Of a stretch of 64,000 bases of DNA, positions 1 to 8,133 are shown piece by piece. The first letter of the stretch is position 1. Every line of letters starts with the position of its first letter. The position numbers and the translations under genes were made by a program. This DNA is from an uncultured Actinomycetes bacterium. Lineage in GTDB: Bacteria; Actinomycetota; Thermoleophilia; Gaiellales; Gaiellaceae. The notes beneath the pieces were generated by a model, which saw only the letters and a list, made by a program, of their open reading frames with translations, searched no databases and was not told where the DNA came from. The DNA is taken from assembly GCA_963733135.1 (NCBI GenBank), contig CAVTBX010000005.1:77450-141449 (forward strand). Direction: 5' to 3'.

Positions 1-576
1 TTCGCCGGCTCGGACGAGCTCGCGCTCCAGATCGAGGAAGGAGCGCCGGCCGACGTCTATGCGGCGGCGAGCCCGAAGTATCCCGACGAGCTTTTCGTGG
101 CCGAGCTCGTCGAGGAGCCGCAGATCTTCGCGACGAACGCGCTCGTTCTGATCGTCCCCTCCGACAATCCGGCCGGCATCGAGTCAGTGGCCGACCTCGC
201 CGAGCCGGGCGTCAAGCTCGTCATCGGCGCCGAGGGTGTCCCGGTCGGCGATTACACGCGCACCGTGCTCGAGAACATGGGCGAGTCGGACGTGCTCGAC
301 AACGTCGTCTCGAACGAGGACGACGTGAAGGCCGTCGTGGCGAAGGTGGCACAAGGCGAGGCCGACGCAGGCTTCGTGTACGTCACGGACGTCGGCCCGG
401 TCGGGGAGGACGTCGAGACGATCGATCTTCCGGAGGAGGCGCAGGCCCAGGTCGAGTATCCGATCGCCGTCGTCTCAGACGCCGAGAACTCGGAGGCAGC
501 TCAGGCGTTCGTCGACCTCGTGCTGTCCGACCGCGGGCGCGAGGCGCTCGAAGCCGCAGGCTTCGGCGTTCCGTGA
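1..576 (+). CDS. modA: Molybdate ABC transporter substrate-binding protein, 5' end cut by window edge
   Basis: Frame 1 is open from nt 1 into listed ORF 97..576. Translation is ModA-like (AGFVYVTDV, PIAVV). It has a 4-nt overlap with the downstream permease. Confidence 0.8.
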   Translation, partial: FAGSDELALQIEEGAPADVYAAASPKYPDELFVAELVEEPQIFATNALVLIVPSDNPAGIESVADLAEPGVKLVIGAEGVPVGDYTRTVLENMGESDVLDNVVSNEDDVKAVVAKVAQGEADAGFVYVTDVGPVGEDVETIDLPEEAQAQVEYPIAVVSDAENSEAAQAFVDLVLSDRGREALEAAGFGVP

Positions 577-1397
577 GGCGGCTCTTCGAGCTCACGCTCG
601 TCGTCTGCGCAGCGCTCGTCGTCCTGTTCCTGTTCGTTCCCCTGGTCGCTCTCTTCCTGCGGGTCTCACCCGGGACGCTCGTCGCGCAGCTCGGCAGCGA
701 CGTCGCCCTCGAGGCGCTCTGGATAACCGTCAAGACGGGGCTCATCGCACACGCGTTCGTTCTTGCGATCGGGACGCCGGCCGCGTATCTCCTCGGCACG
801 CGCCGCTTTCGTGGCCGGGAGTTCGTGCTGACCGCGCTCGAGCTTCCGCTCGTTCTGCCGCCCGCAGTGGCGGGCATCGCTCTGCTCGCCGCGTTCGGCC
901 GGCGCGGCCTCCTCGGGGAGCAGCTCTCGGTGCTCGGTCTCGAGATCCCTTTCACGCAGGTCGCGGTCGTCATGGCCGTGACCTTCGTCGCGCTCCCCTT
1001 CTACGTGCGACAGGCGGTCGCGTCGTTCGCCGCGCTCGACCGGACGCTCCTCGACGCCTCGCGGACGCTCGGGGCTAGCCCCTTCAGGACATTCGCCCGG
1101 ATCGCGCTGCCGCTCTCAGGAGCCGGCCTCGGGGCGGCCTCGACCCTCGCCTGGGCCCGTGGCACCGGAGAGTTCGGGGCCACGATCATGTTCGCCGGGA
1201 GCTTTCAAGGCGTCACCCAGACGCTCCCGCTCGCCATCTACGCCCAGCTCGACCAGGACCGAACCGTCGCGATCGCGATCGGGGCGCTTCTCGTCCTCCT
1301 GTCCGCCGTCGTCCTCCTCGCTGTCAAGCTCCTACCCTCGTGGCAGCGCTCCACGTTCGACTCGCCCATCCCCTACGCGACTTCCGGCTCGCCCTAG
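573..1397 (+). CDS. modB: Molybdate ABC transporter permease
   Basis: 274-aa polytopic protein with an ABC permease EAA-type loop (LDASRTLGASPFRTFARIALP). It sits between modA and modC. Confidence 0.9.
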   Translation: MRRLFELTLVVCAALVVLFLFVPLVALFLRVSPGTLVAQLGSDVALEALWITVKTGLIAHAFVLAIGTPAAYLLGTRRFRGREFVLTALELPLVLPPAVAGIALLAAFGRRGLLGEQLSVLGLEIPFTQVAVVMAVTFVALPFYVRQAVASFAALDRTLLDASRTLGASPFRTFARIALPLSGAGLGAASTLAWARGTGEFGATIMFAGSFQGVTQTLPLAIYAQLDQDRTVAIAIGALLVLLSAVVLLAVKLLPSWQRSTFDSPIPYATSGSP

Positions 1398-2371
1398 AGC
1401 TGGAGGTCGGCCGGACCGCCTCCGTGCTGGTCGGCCCGTCAGGCGCAGGGAAGACGACCGTCCTAAGGGCAATCGCGGGCCTCGTTCGCCCCGAGTCCGG
1501 CCGGGTCGCAATCGGAGACCGCGTCTGGCTCGACACCGAGACCGGCGTGAACCTGCCGCCCGAGGACCGGTCCGTCGGGCTTGTCTTCCAGGAGTACGCA
1601 CTCTTCCCGCACCTGAGCGTCCGGCGGAACGTCGCCTACGGCGCGACGGGCGAGGTCGACGAGCTGCTCGAGCGCTTTCGGATCGCTCGGCTCGCAGACG
1701 CGCGGCCCGGCGAGCTCTCGGGCGGCGAGCGCCAGCGGGTCGGGCTGGCGAGAGCACTGGCGCGGGAACCGGACGTCCTGCTGCTCGACGAGCCGCTGTC
1801 GGCGCTCGATGCCCGCACGCGCGCGCACGTCCGAGAGGAGCTGCGGGAGCTGCTCGACGGGCTCGACATCCCGACGCTGATAGTCACACACGACTTTGCC
1901 GACGCAGCCGCGCTCGCGCCCAGCGTCTCGGTGCTGGTGGAGGGCGAGGTCGTCCAGAGCGGCGCCCCGACCGACCTGATCGCTTCGCCGGCGAGCCCGT
2001 TCGTGGCCGACTTCGCGGGCGGCAACCTATTGGTCGGAACGGCACGCTCGGCCGCCGACGGACTCACCGACGTGGAGATCGGCGATGGACTCCTGGTGCG
2101 CTCGACCGACGATGCCGAGGGGCGAGTGGGCGTGGTCATCTACCCGTGGGAGATCGCGGTCGCGCTCGAGGCGCCGACCGACTCCGCGCAGAACCACGTG
2201 CGGGCCGAGATCGCGTCGCTCGTGCCCGTGGCGAACCGGATGCGCGTCCGAATCGGGCCGCTCACGGCCGAGATCACGGCGGCCTCGGCCGAGCGGCTCG
2301 GACTGAGACGCGGCCTGCCGGTCGTCGCGAGCTTCAAGGCGACCGGCACCCGCCTCGTGCCTCTGGACTAG
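1340..2371 (+). CDS. modC: Molybdate ABC transporter ATP-binding protein with C-terminal TOBE/Mop domain
   Basis: Walker A GPSGAGKT, signature LSGGERQRV, Walker B LLLDEP and a C-terminal TOBE-like region. GTG start, overlapping modB by 58 nt. Confidence 0.9.
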   Translation: MAALHVRLAHPLRDFRLALELEVGRTASVLVGPSGAGKTTVLRAIAGLVRPESGRVAIGDRVWLDTETGVNLPPEDRSVGLVFQEYALFPHLSVRRNVAYGATGEVDELLERFRIARLADARPGELSGGERQRVGLARALAREPDVLLLDEPLSALDARTRAHVREELRELLDGLDIPTLIVTHDFADAAALAPSVSVLVEGEVVQSGAPTDLIASPASPFVADFAGGNLLVGTARSAADGLTDVEIGDGLLVRSTDDAEGRVGVVIYPWEIAVALEAPTDSAQNHVRAEIASLVPVANRMRVRIGPLTAEITAASAERLGLRRGLPVVASFKATGTRLVPLD

Positions 2372-2769
2372 CCGGGCGGAGCGTCGGGGTGCCGCGGCAA
2401 GCCGTCGTCCGGGATCTCCTGCCAGGATGCGGCGTAGGCGACGAACTGATGCCACTGCGGACGAATGCCGGGGTCCTCGTCGAGCGTGCCGAGACGAACG
2501 CCCACGAGCTCCTCGGTCCCACCGGGACGGCTGAAGAGCGCCGAGCCGCAGCGGCCGCAGAAGAGCTTCTCGAAGCCGCCCTCCGGCGCCCATACGCGGA
2601 GCTCCTCCTCGCCGGAGAGGACTCGCACCGAGCCGGGCTCAGCCCGCGCGTTCGCCGAGGCGGCCGTTCCACTCCGCCGCTGGCAGCGGGTGCAATGGCA
2701 GTAGGCGGCGGAAACGAACGGGGTCGTGACCTCGTAGCGGATCGCTCCGCACCCGCAGGCGCCGGTCAC
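2368..2769 (-). CDS. GFA-family (glutathione-dependent formaldehyde-activating-like / CENP-V) zinc protein
   Basis: Cys pattern CGCG...CHCTRCQRRSG...CGRCGS is typical of the GFA fold. 4-nt overlaps at both ends. Confidence 0.8.
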   Translation of the reverse strand: MTGACGCGAIRYEVTTPFVSAAYCHCTRCQRRSGTAASANARAEPGSVRVLSGEEELRVWAPEGGFEKLFCGRCGSALFSRPGGTEELVGVRLGTLDEDPGIRPQWHQFVAYAASWQEIPDDGLPRHPDAPPG

Positions 2770-3293
2770 AGGGCGCCGCCGGCGGCCGGCGGTGCGCCGG
2801 CCGGATCACCTTCCCCGCGTGTGGTTCGGGCCAGATGCTCTTCGACGAGCAGCACGCTCGCCCCCTCGGCCCGCTCCACAAGAGCGAGGAGACTCGACAT
2901 GCTCGCGACCTCCTCGCGCTGCTCGTCGAGGAACCAGCCCAGGAACTGCTCGCCGACGAGATCGCCCTCCTCGCGGGCCAGCCGCGCGAGCCCGACGATC
3001 TGCTCGGTCACCTGCCGCTCCTGCTCGAGCGCGAGGCGGACAGGAGAGACGACGTCTCCGAACTCGGCCTGCGGCGCCTCGACGCCGGGGATTCGAACGG
3101 TCTCGCCGGCATCGAGGAGGTACTGGACGATCATCATCGCGTGGTTTCGCTCCTCGAGCGCCTGGCGGTAGAAGTGAGCGGCGAGCTGCGGCAACGTCTC
3201 GGCGTCGTAGTGCACCGCGATCGCGACGTACTGCTGCGAGGCCGCGAACTCCCGCCCGACCTGATCGTTCAGCGCGTCCGGGAAACGAGCCAT
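2766..3293 (-). CDS. Ferritin (non-heme, bacterial type)
   Basis: 175 aa. Ferritin di-iron motifs are present (EFAASQQY, EERNHA, EQERQVTE, EEHL). Confidence 0.88.
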   Translation of the reverse strand: MARFPDALNDQVGREFAASQQYVAIAVHYDAETLPQLAAHFYRQALEERNHAMMIVQYLLDAGETVRIPGVEAPQAEFGDVVSPVRLALEQERQVTEQIVGLARLAREEGDLVGEQFLGWFLDEQREEVASMSSLLALVERAEGASVLLVEEHLARTTRGEGDPAGAPPAAGGAL

Positions 3294-3331
3294 ACGGCGA
3301 TCCTACTCACCCTTCCGTCCCGACTGGGGCC

Positions 3332-3808
3332 CTAGCTCTGTGTGGCTGTCGCCAGAATCTGGCCGACGACTCGCCCCAGATCACGTGCTCCGAAGGGCTT
3401 CTGGAGGAACGCAGCGCCCTCCTCGAGCTCGCCGTCCCGAAGCGCTGCGTCATCCGAGTAGCCGGAGATATAGAGGATGGGTAGGGCCGGCCGGCGCTCG
3501 CGGAGCCTGGCCGCCAGGACGCGCCCGCTCATGTGCGGCATCACCACGTCGGTCACGAGGGCGTCGATGCGTTCCCCGTCGGCGACGCCGAGTGCCTCCA
3601 ACGGATCGGCGGCCACAAGCACGTCGTAGTGCTGCGCGCGAAGCATCTCTGCCGCGAGCTCACGGACGATAAGCTCGTCCTCGACGAGCAGGATCCGCTC
3701 GTTGCCGCCCTCCAGCAATGGGGCGGGCGCTGCGCTCGGAGACGGCGCTGCTGCATCTCGCGGGGGCGAGACGTCGAGAGTGGCGCCGACTCCCGGGTTG
3801 ATCGTCAC
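3332..3808 (-). CDS. Stand-alone response-regulator receiver domain protein (start uncertain; possibly the remnant of a hybrid histidine kinase)
   Basis: The C-terminal ~125 aa form a CheY-like receiver (ILLVEDE...DVVMP...ISGY...KPF). The upstream part of ORF 3332..4087 is low-complexity. The segment INPGVGATLDVSPP resembles the end of an HATPase domain. An in-frame GTG at 3808 was chosen as the start. Confidence 0.55.
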   Translation of the reverse strand: MTINPGVGATLDVSPPRDAAAPSPSAAPAPLLEGGNERILLVEDELIVRELAAEMLRAQHYDVLVAADPLEALGVADGERIDALVTDVVMPHMSGRVLAARLRERRPALPILYISGYSDDAALRDGELEEGAAFLQKPFGARDLGRVVGQILATATQS

Positions 3809-4093
3809 AGGATCGGCTCGCCGCCCTGATCCCTCGTCGCCGAGTTCCCAGGATCGAAGGGTCCCAGCCGGGTCGGCTGTTCCATCGCCACGACTCTGGC
3901 ATCGGCGCTCGCGCCCACGCTCACGAGGACAAGCCGGGGTGGTCGCGCATCCCCGATTCAGCGTAGTCCGGGCGGCCTGTAGGAGGCTCCGTTCGCCAGG
4001 AGGGTTTGGCGAAACAGCCGTTGTGCCGCCCTGGCCGTGCTGCTCGCCTCGAGGCGCACAACCAGACACCGAAGACCGTCTCCCCAAACCCTC

Positions 4094-4402
4094 CTAGTCG
4101 TCGTCTCCCCCGCCGTGACCGGAGTTGTCGCTCCCGGAGCCGCTGTTTCCTCCGTTGTCGTCGGTCGTCGTACCGTCCGTGGTGGTGTCCTCGGTCGTGG
4201 TTTCTTCGGTTGTCCCATCGTCGTCCGTGCCGGTGCGTCCGTCCTCGGTCTCGGTGCTCTCGGAGCCGATCGAGCCGACCGGGCTCAGGTTTCCGACCGG
4301 GTCGTTCCCGGTGCCGCTGGCATCCTCGAGGAGCGACGTGGCCGCGTAGGCCGCGCCGGCGGCGAGCAGACAGGCGGCGATCGTGATCGCTATGACTCGC
4401 AT
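4094..4402 (-). CDS. Small secreted Thr/Asp/Gly-rich protein
   Basis: Internal ATG (MRVIAITIAACLLAAGAAYA signal peptide) within ORF 4094..5008. 102 aa, ending SGHGGGDDD. It lies 10 nt downstream of the ferredoxin reductase stop. Confidence 0.55.
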   Translation of the reverse strand: MRVIAITIAACLLAAGAAYAATSLLEDASGTGNDPVGNLSPVGSIGSESTETEDGRTGTDDDGTTEETTTEDTTTDGTTTDDNGGNSGSGSDNSGHGGGDDD

Positions 4403-4412
4403 CGCGCTCACC

Positions 4413-5549
4413 TTACGCAGCCTCTGCGAGCGCCGAGCTGAGCTCGCGTCGAAGTGCGCCGATCTCGCGTGGGCGGTTGGCGACGAGCGCAGCCAGCGGA
4501 CGACCTGCGGCGTCGAGGTAGCGCACCGTGAACTCGCCGGGCCCGCCGTCGATCTCAACACGATGCCACTCCTCCGCATGGCCGACGTACTGGAGCCGAA
4601 GGCCGAACTGATCCGACCAGAAGTACGGGAGGTCGTCGTACGGCTCCTCCCGACCCAGGATCGCACGAGCCACCGCCGCGGCCTGGCCGGCCGCGCTCGT
4701 CCAGTGCTCGACCCGCAGGCGGCGGCCAAGAGCAGGCCGGTACGCGCTTGCCACGTCGCCGCACGCATAGACGCCCGGGAGCTCGGTCCGCCCGCAGGCG
4801 TCCGTCGGGATCCCGGCCTGCTCTCCGAGGAGCTCTCCCGCGGGCAGCACGCCGATGCCGACCAGGACAGCGGCGCAGTCGATCCGCGCCCCGTCGGCAA
4901 GTACGACCGCGCAGACGCGACCGTCGGGGCCGGCCTCGATCCGCTCGACGCCCGACCCGAGCCGAACATCTGCGCCCCGCCCCCGCCAGTGCTCCGCGAG
5001 AAGCCCACCGACCTCCGGCCCGAGCGCCCGGGTGAAGGGCCTCGGCGCGGCCTCGACGAGCGTCACGTCGACGCCGAGCGAAAGCGCGGTCGACGCGGCC
5101 TCGGCGCCGACGAACCCGGCGCCGATCACGCAGAGGCGCACGCCCGGCTCGAGGTCGGCCCGGAGGGCGTCGGCGTCCGAGCGAGTGCGGAGAACGTGAA
5201 CGCCGTCCGGCTGCTCGCCCGGGAGGCGGCGCGCCCGCGCGCCCGTAGCGATCACCAGGGCGGCCCACGAGACTCCTCCGGCGACGCGGCCGAGGAGGTC
5301 GACGGACTCGATGCGTTCTCCGAGCCTGAGCTCGATTCCCTGCGCGGCCCAGAAGTCGTCCGGCCGAAGGTCGACGCTCTCGCGCGCGCCGGCCAGAAGC
5401 TCCTTCGAGAGCGCCGGACGCTCATAGGGAGCGTGTGGCTCGTCGCCGAAGACCACGATCCGCCCGCCGAAGCCTTCGGCTCGGAGTGTTTCCGCGCAAC
5501 GCGAGCCGGCGAGCCCGGCTCCCACGATGACGACCGTCCCGGGGGTCAC
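4413..5549 (-). CDS. NAD(P)/FAD-dependent ferredoxin reductase (Pyr_redox_2 + reductase C-terminal domain)
   Basis: GTG start (VTPGTVVIVGAGLAGSR). A second dinucleotide motif is present (VIGAGFVGAE). The C-terminus is like putidaredoxin-reductase-type enzymes. GTGA overlap with the ferredoxin stop. Confidence 0.85.
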   Translation of the reverse strand: MTPGTVVIVGAGLAGSRCAETLRAEGFGGRIVVFGDEPHAPYERPALSKELLAGARESVDLRPDDFWAAQGIELRLGERIESVDLLGRVAGGVSWAALVIATGARARRLPGEQPDGVHVLRTRSDADALRADLEPGVRLCVIGAGFVGAEAASTALSLGVDVTLVEAAPRPFTRALGPEVGGLLAEHWRGRGADVRLGSGVERIEAGPDGRVCAVVLADGARIDCAAVLVGIGVLPAGELLGEQAGIPTDACGRTELPGVYACGDVASAYRPALGRRLRVEHWTSAAGQAAAVARAILGREEPYDDLPYFWSDQFGLRLQYVGHAEEWHRVEIDGGPGEFTVRYLDAAGRPLAALVANRPREIGALRRELSSALAEAA

Positions 5550-5761
5550 GCTGCCTGCCTTCCGGTCTCGATCTCGAAGACCGAGATCGCCCCCATCGGG
5601 CAGGAGCCGGCCGCGTCGAGGACGGACTCGTCGTCCGTCTCGCCGACGCGCGTGCCTGCGACGCCCGAACCGTCGAGCTCGAAGATCTCGGGCGCCATGT
5701 CGGCACACGAGCCGAACCCGCTGCAAAGCGAGCGGTCGATCTGGATGCGGTACGTGCTCAT
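5546..5761 (-). CDS. Single-cluster [3Fe-4S]/[4Fe-4S] ferredoxin
   Basis: 71 aa. Contains CSGFGSC...CP, as in actinobacterial P450-type ferredoxins. Confidence 0.85.
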   Translation of the reverse strand: MSTYRIQIDRSLCSGFGSCADMAPEIFELDGSGVAGTRVGETDDESVLDAAGSCPMGAISVFEIETGRQAA

Positions 5762-6318
5762 CGTTCCCCTTTCGGGACGGCGACCCTCGAGGTCGCGATT
5801 GGGAGCGCGCGCCAGGCGGTCGCGAGCGCGACCGCACCGACGGCGCCGAGGTACATGGACATGGCCCAGGGAGCCGCGGAGTCGGTGCCGGCGAAGAGCC
5901 CGTGCGCCGTCGCGGCGGCAAAGATGCCGTAGGTCGCCCAGTGAAGGCGCCGCCAGTTCTTCGGGCCGATGCGCTTCCGGAGCGCGAACGAGACGTAGAC
6001 GAGCAGCATGAGGTTCCCGGCGAGGACGCCGAGCGCCGTCGGGAGGGGCCGGTAGGACGCGAGACCTGGCACGACGAGCGCCGCGAGCGAGATCTCGACG
6101 GTCTCGTCCAGGACGAGGACAACGCCGTGAACGCCGACGAAGGCGAGGCCGAGCAGCGCCAGGAAGCGATGGGCGTCGACGACGGTCGGCTGGCGGAGCG
6201 CCGGCCCGAACGGCTTCGACTTCACGACGAGGCCGGCCACGACCGAGAGCGTCAGGAGCCCGTACGCGGCGATTCCGCTCGCGCGCGCGAGAAACCAGAA
6301 GGTTGGGTCGTGCTTCAT
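5758..6318 (-). CDS. Ferric-reductase-like (MsrQ/FRD-type) transmembrane heme-b protein
   Basis: 186 aa with about 6 TM helices. Conserved His pairs sit in the helices (DAHRF, GVHGV, LHWATY, TAHG). 4-nt overlaps on both sides. Confidence 0.72.
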   Translation of the reverse strand: MKHDPTFWFLARASGIAAYGLLTLSVVAGLVVKSKPFGPALRQPTVVDAHRFLALLGLAFVGVHGVVLVLDETVEISLAALVVPGLASYRPLPTALGVLAGNLMLLVYVSFALRKRIGPKNWRRLHWATYGIFAAATAHGLFAGTDSAAPWAMSMYLGAVGAVALATAWRALPIATSRVAVPKGER

Positions 6319-7160
6319 GCGAGCGCTCCCGTTCTCGTCACCGAGCCGTCAAGCCCGACGAGGATCGCGTCGCGGCCGCCAGACTCGGCGCCCAGGAAGA
6401 CGTCCTTCGCGGCCACCTCGGCGGCGACGGCGCTCGGCGCAGCGACCGTCACGCGAAGCCAGGGCGAGGTCGCCGGCCGACCCGTCGTGGGGTCGATGAG
6501 ATGGTGTCGCTCCTCCCCGTTTCGCACCCAGCGGCGCTTGTCCCGGCCCGAGGTGGCGAGGCCGCCGCCTGTGAGGCCGACCGTCAGAGGCCGCCCGGGC
6601 GTTTCCACCGAGACGGCCCACACGCCCGCCCTCGGTACGCCTGCGACAGCGACATCGCCGCCTGCGTTCACCAGGCAGGGGCCAAGGCCGGCCAAGCCCA
6701 CGACGGCGGTGTCGACGGCGTACCCCTTGCCGATCCCACCGAGATCGATCCGAACGCCGGGCCCGAGCACGACCGAGTCGCCGTCGACGCGAACCTCGGA
6801 GGCGGCCAAGTAGCAGTCTGTTACTTGGCCGGGGGCCTCCTCGGGGGACAGGTTCTCGAATGTCCGGTCGTAGCCCGCGGCGATGAGGGCGTCGTGGATC
6901 GTCGGGTCGAAGCGGCCGCAGGTCGCGTTCCTCGCCTCGAGCGCGAGCGCGACGACGTGGGCGAGCTCGGGCCGGCCCTCGATCCGACCCTCGCGGTTGA
7001 GCCGCGAGAGCGCGGAATCCGGCCGGAAGCGGGAAAGGCTGCCCTCGAGGCGCTCGAACTCGGCCTCGACCGCAAGCAGCGCCGCAGGAGCCTCGTGGTC
7101 GTCGGACTCGAGGAGCGCCTCGACGGTCGTCCCCATGGCCGGAAAGACGTGGCGCAGCAT
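6315..7160 (-). CDS. apbE: FAD:protein FMN transferase (ApbE family)
   Basis: Internal ATG (MLRHVFPAMGTTVE), the canonical ApbE N-terminus. DLGGIGKGYAVD motif present. RHHLIDPTTG present near the C-terminus. Confidence 0.85.
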   Translation of the reverse strand: MLRHVFPAMGTTVEALLESDDHEAPAALLAVEAEFERLEGSLSRFRPDSALSRLNREGRIEGRPELAHVVALALEARNATCGRFDPTIHDALIAAGYDRTFENLSPEEAPGQVTDCYLAASEVRVDGDSVVLGPGVRIDLGGIGKGYAVDTAVVGLAGLGPCLVNAGGDVAVAGVPRAGVWAVSVETPGRPLTVGLTGGGLATSGRDKRRWVRNGEERHHLIDPTTGRPATSPWLRVTVAAPSAVAAEVAAKDVFLGAESGGRDAILVGLDGSVTRTGALA

Positions 7161-7516
7161 CACGAGCTCCCCGAGGACGTGACGGGCGGCAGGGACGTCA
7201 CCTGCGCCGCGGGCGCCGAAGCAGGCGCCGCGGCGGGCGGAGCTGCGGCAGCGGGGGGAGCTGCGCCGAGTGCCGCGTGAACCCGCTGCTGGTCGGAGAA
7301 CTCTCGCCTGTAGGCGGCGAAGCGTCGCTCCACCAGGCGATTCACTCTCTCCTGCTCGCGCCCGAGCCTTGTCTCGCGCTTCTGGAGCGCAAGCAGCCTC
7401 GGATCCGTTGACGGCGCTGCCTTCGGGAAGGGATTCGCCGCCACGACCGCCCACGACATGAGGAAGACGAGGCAGCCCAGCGCGAGTGCGTAGAGCCTGG
7501 CGACGTGGTCAGTCAT
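7160..7516 (-). CDS. Membrane-anchored hypothetical protein (coiled-coil region, Ala/Pro-rich region, C-terminal SSGSS)
   Basis: ATG at 7516 (MTDHVARLYALALGCLVFLMSWAVV is a TM anchor). Overlaps the upstream gene by 8 nt and apbE by 1 nt. Confidence 0.5.
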   Translation of the reverse strand: MTDHVARLYALALGCLVFLMSWAVVAANPFPKAAPSTDPRLLALQKRETRLGREQERVNRLVERRFAAYRREFSDQQRVHAALGAAPPAAAAPPAAAPASAPAAQVTSLPPVTSSGSS

Positions 7517-7991
7517 CGTCCTCGGAGTCGTCGAGAGCGTCCTCACGGGCGTCCGCAAGATCGTCGGCGCGGTCCTCGGCGGCATCCGCGGCATCGTCTT
7601 CGCGGTCGTCGTCGTGGTCGTCGAAGTCGTCGTGACCGTGGTCGTCGTCGAAGTCGTGGCCGCTGCTCACCGAGCCGGGACCAGAGCTCGAGACGAGCTG
7701 CGGGCCCGGTCCGGGGCCGGAGGAGATCGAGCCTCCCGGGCTGCCAGAAGCGCCCGACGACGCCGGAACTGCGAGCGCGGACAGCTTCGGAGGCCGCTTG
7801 CGGGCCTGAGTGCGAATCCGCTTTGAGATCCGGTCTAGCTGTCTGTCACGAGTCTGGATCTGTGCGTCCGAGACCTCCGTGGCGCTTGACGCGGACGCGC
7901 CGAGCTCGGTCGTCCGCACCGCGGCGAACACACCCGCGACGAGCGCGAGGGCGACCACGAGCGAGATGAGTAGCGCGTGCTTTCGAGCCAT
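7509..7991 (-). CDS. Membrane-anchored/secreted protein with a Ser/Gly-rich linker and a strongly acidic His/Asp tail
   Basis: N-terminal TM/signal segment (LLISLVVALALVAGVFAAV). The tail reads HDFDDDHGHDDFDDHDDDREDD... An AAGGAGG RBS lies upstream of the ATG at 7991. Confidence 0.55.
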   Translation of the reverse strand: MARKHALLISLVVALALVAGVFAAVRTTELGASASSATEVSDAQIQTRDRQLDRISKRIRTQARKRPPKLSALAVPASSGASGSPGGSISSGPGPGPQLVSSSGPGSVSSGHDFDDDHGHDDFDDHDDDREDDAADAAEDRADDLADAREDALDDSEDDD

Positions 7992-8133
7992 GCGTGCCTC
8001 CTTGTCGGTCTGCTACGACCGTAGGAGCCGCCACCTGAACGGCGGGCTCACGGAAGGCAAAGACCTCCCCAAGCCCAGGCAAAGGTTCGGAAGCCAGGCC
8101 GCTCGCGGTCTCGCGGCGTGCCACCATGCGGCC

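Noticed and set aside
1340-1397. 58-nt overlap of modB and modC as a possible mis-annotation or frameshift
   Set aside because: With the GTG at 1340, the distance to the Walker A motif (about 32 aa) is normal for ModC. ModB also reads sensibly to its stop, so the overlap is probably real.
1159-3171. 670-aa ORF, and many similar long ORFs rich in Arg/Pro/Ala/Gly (for example 383..973, 4383..6011, 5527..6813, 9384..10739, 21442..22995, 23118..24419, 30491..32143, 55171..56970, 57055..59328, 59584..60708)
   Set aside because: They overlap convincing genes in other frames or on the opposite strand. They have extreme Arg/Pro/Gly composition and no recognisable motifs. This is typical of stop-poor shadow frames in ~70 % GC DNA.
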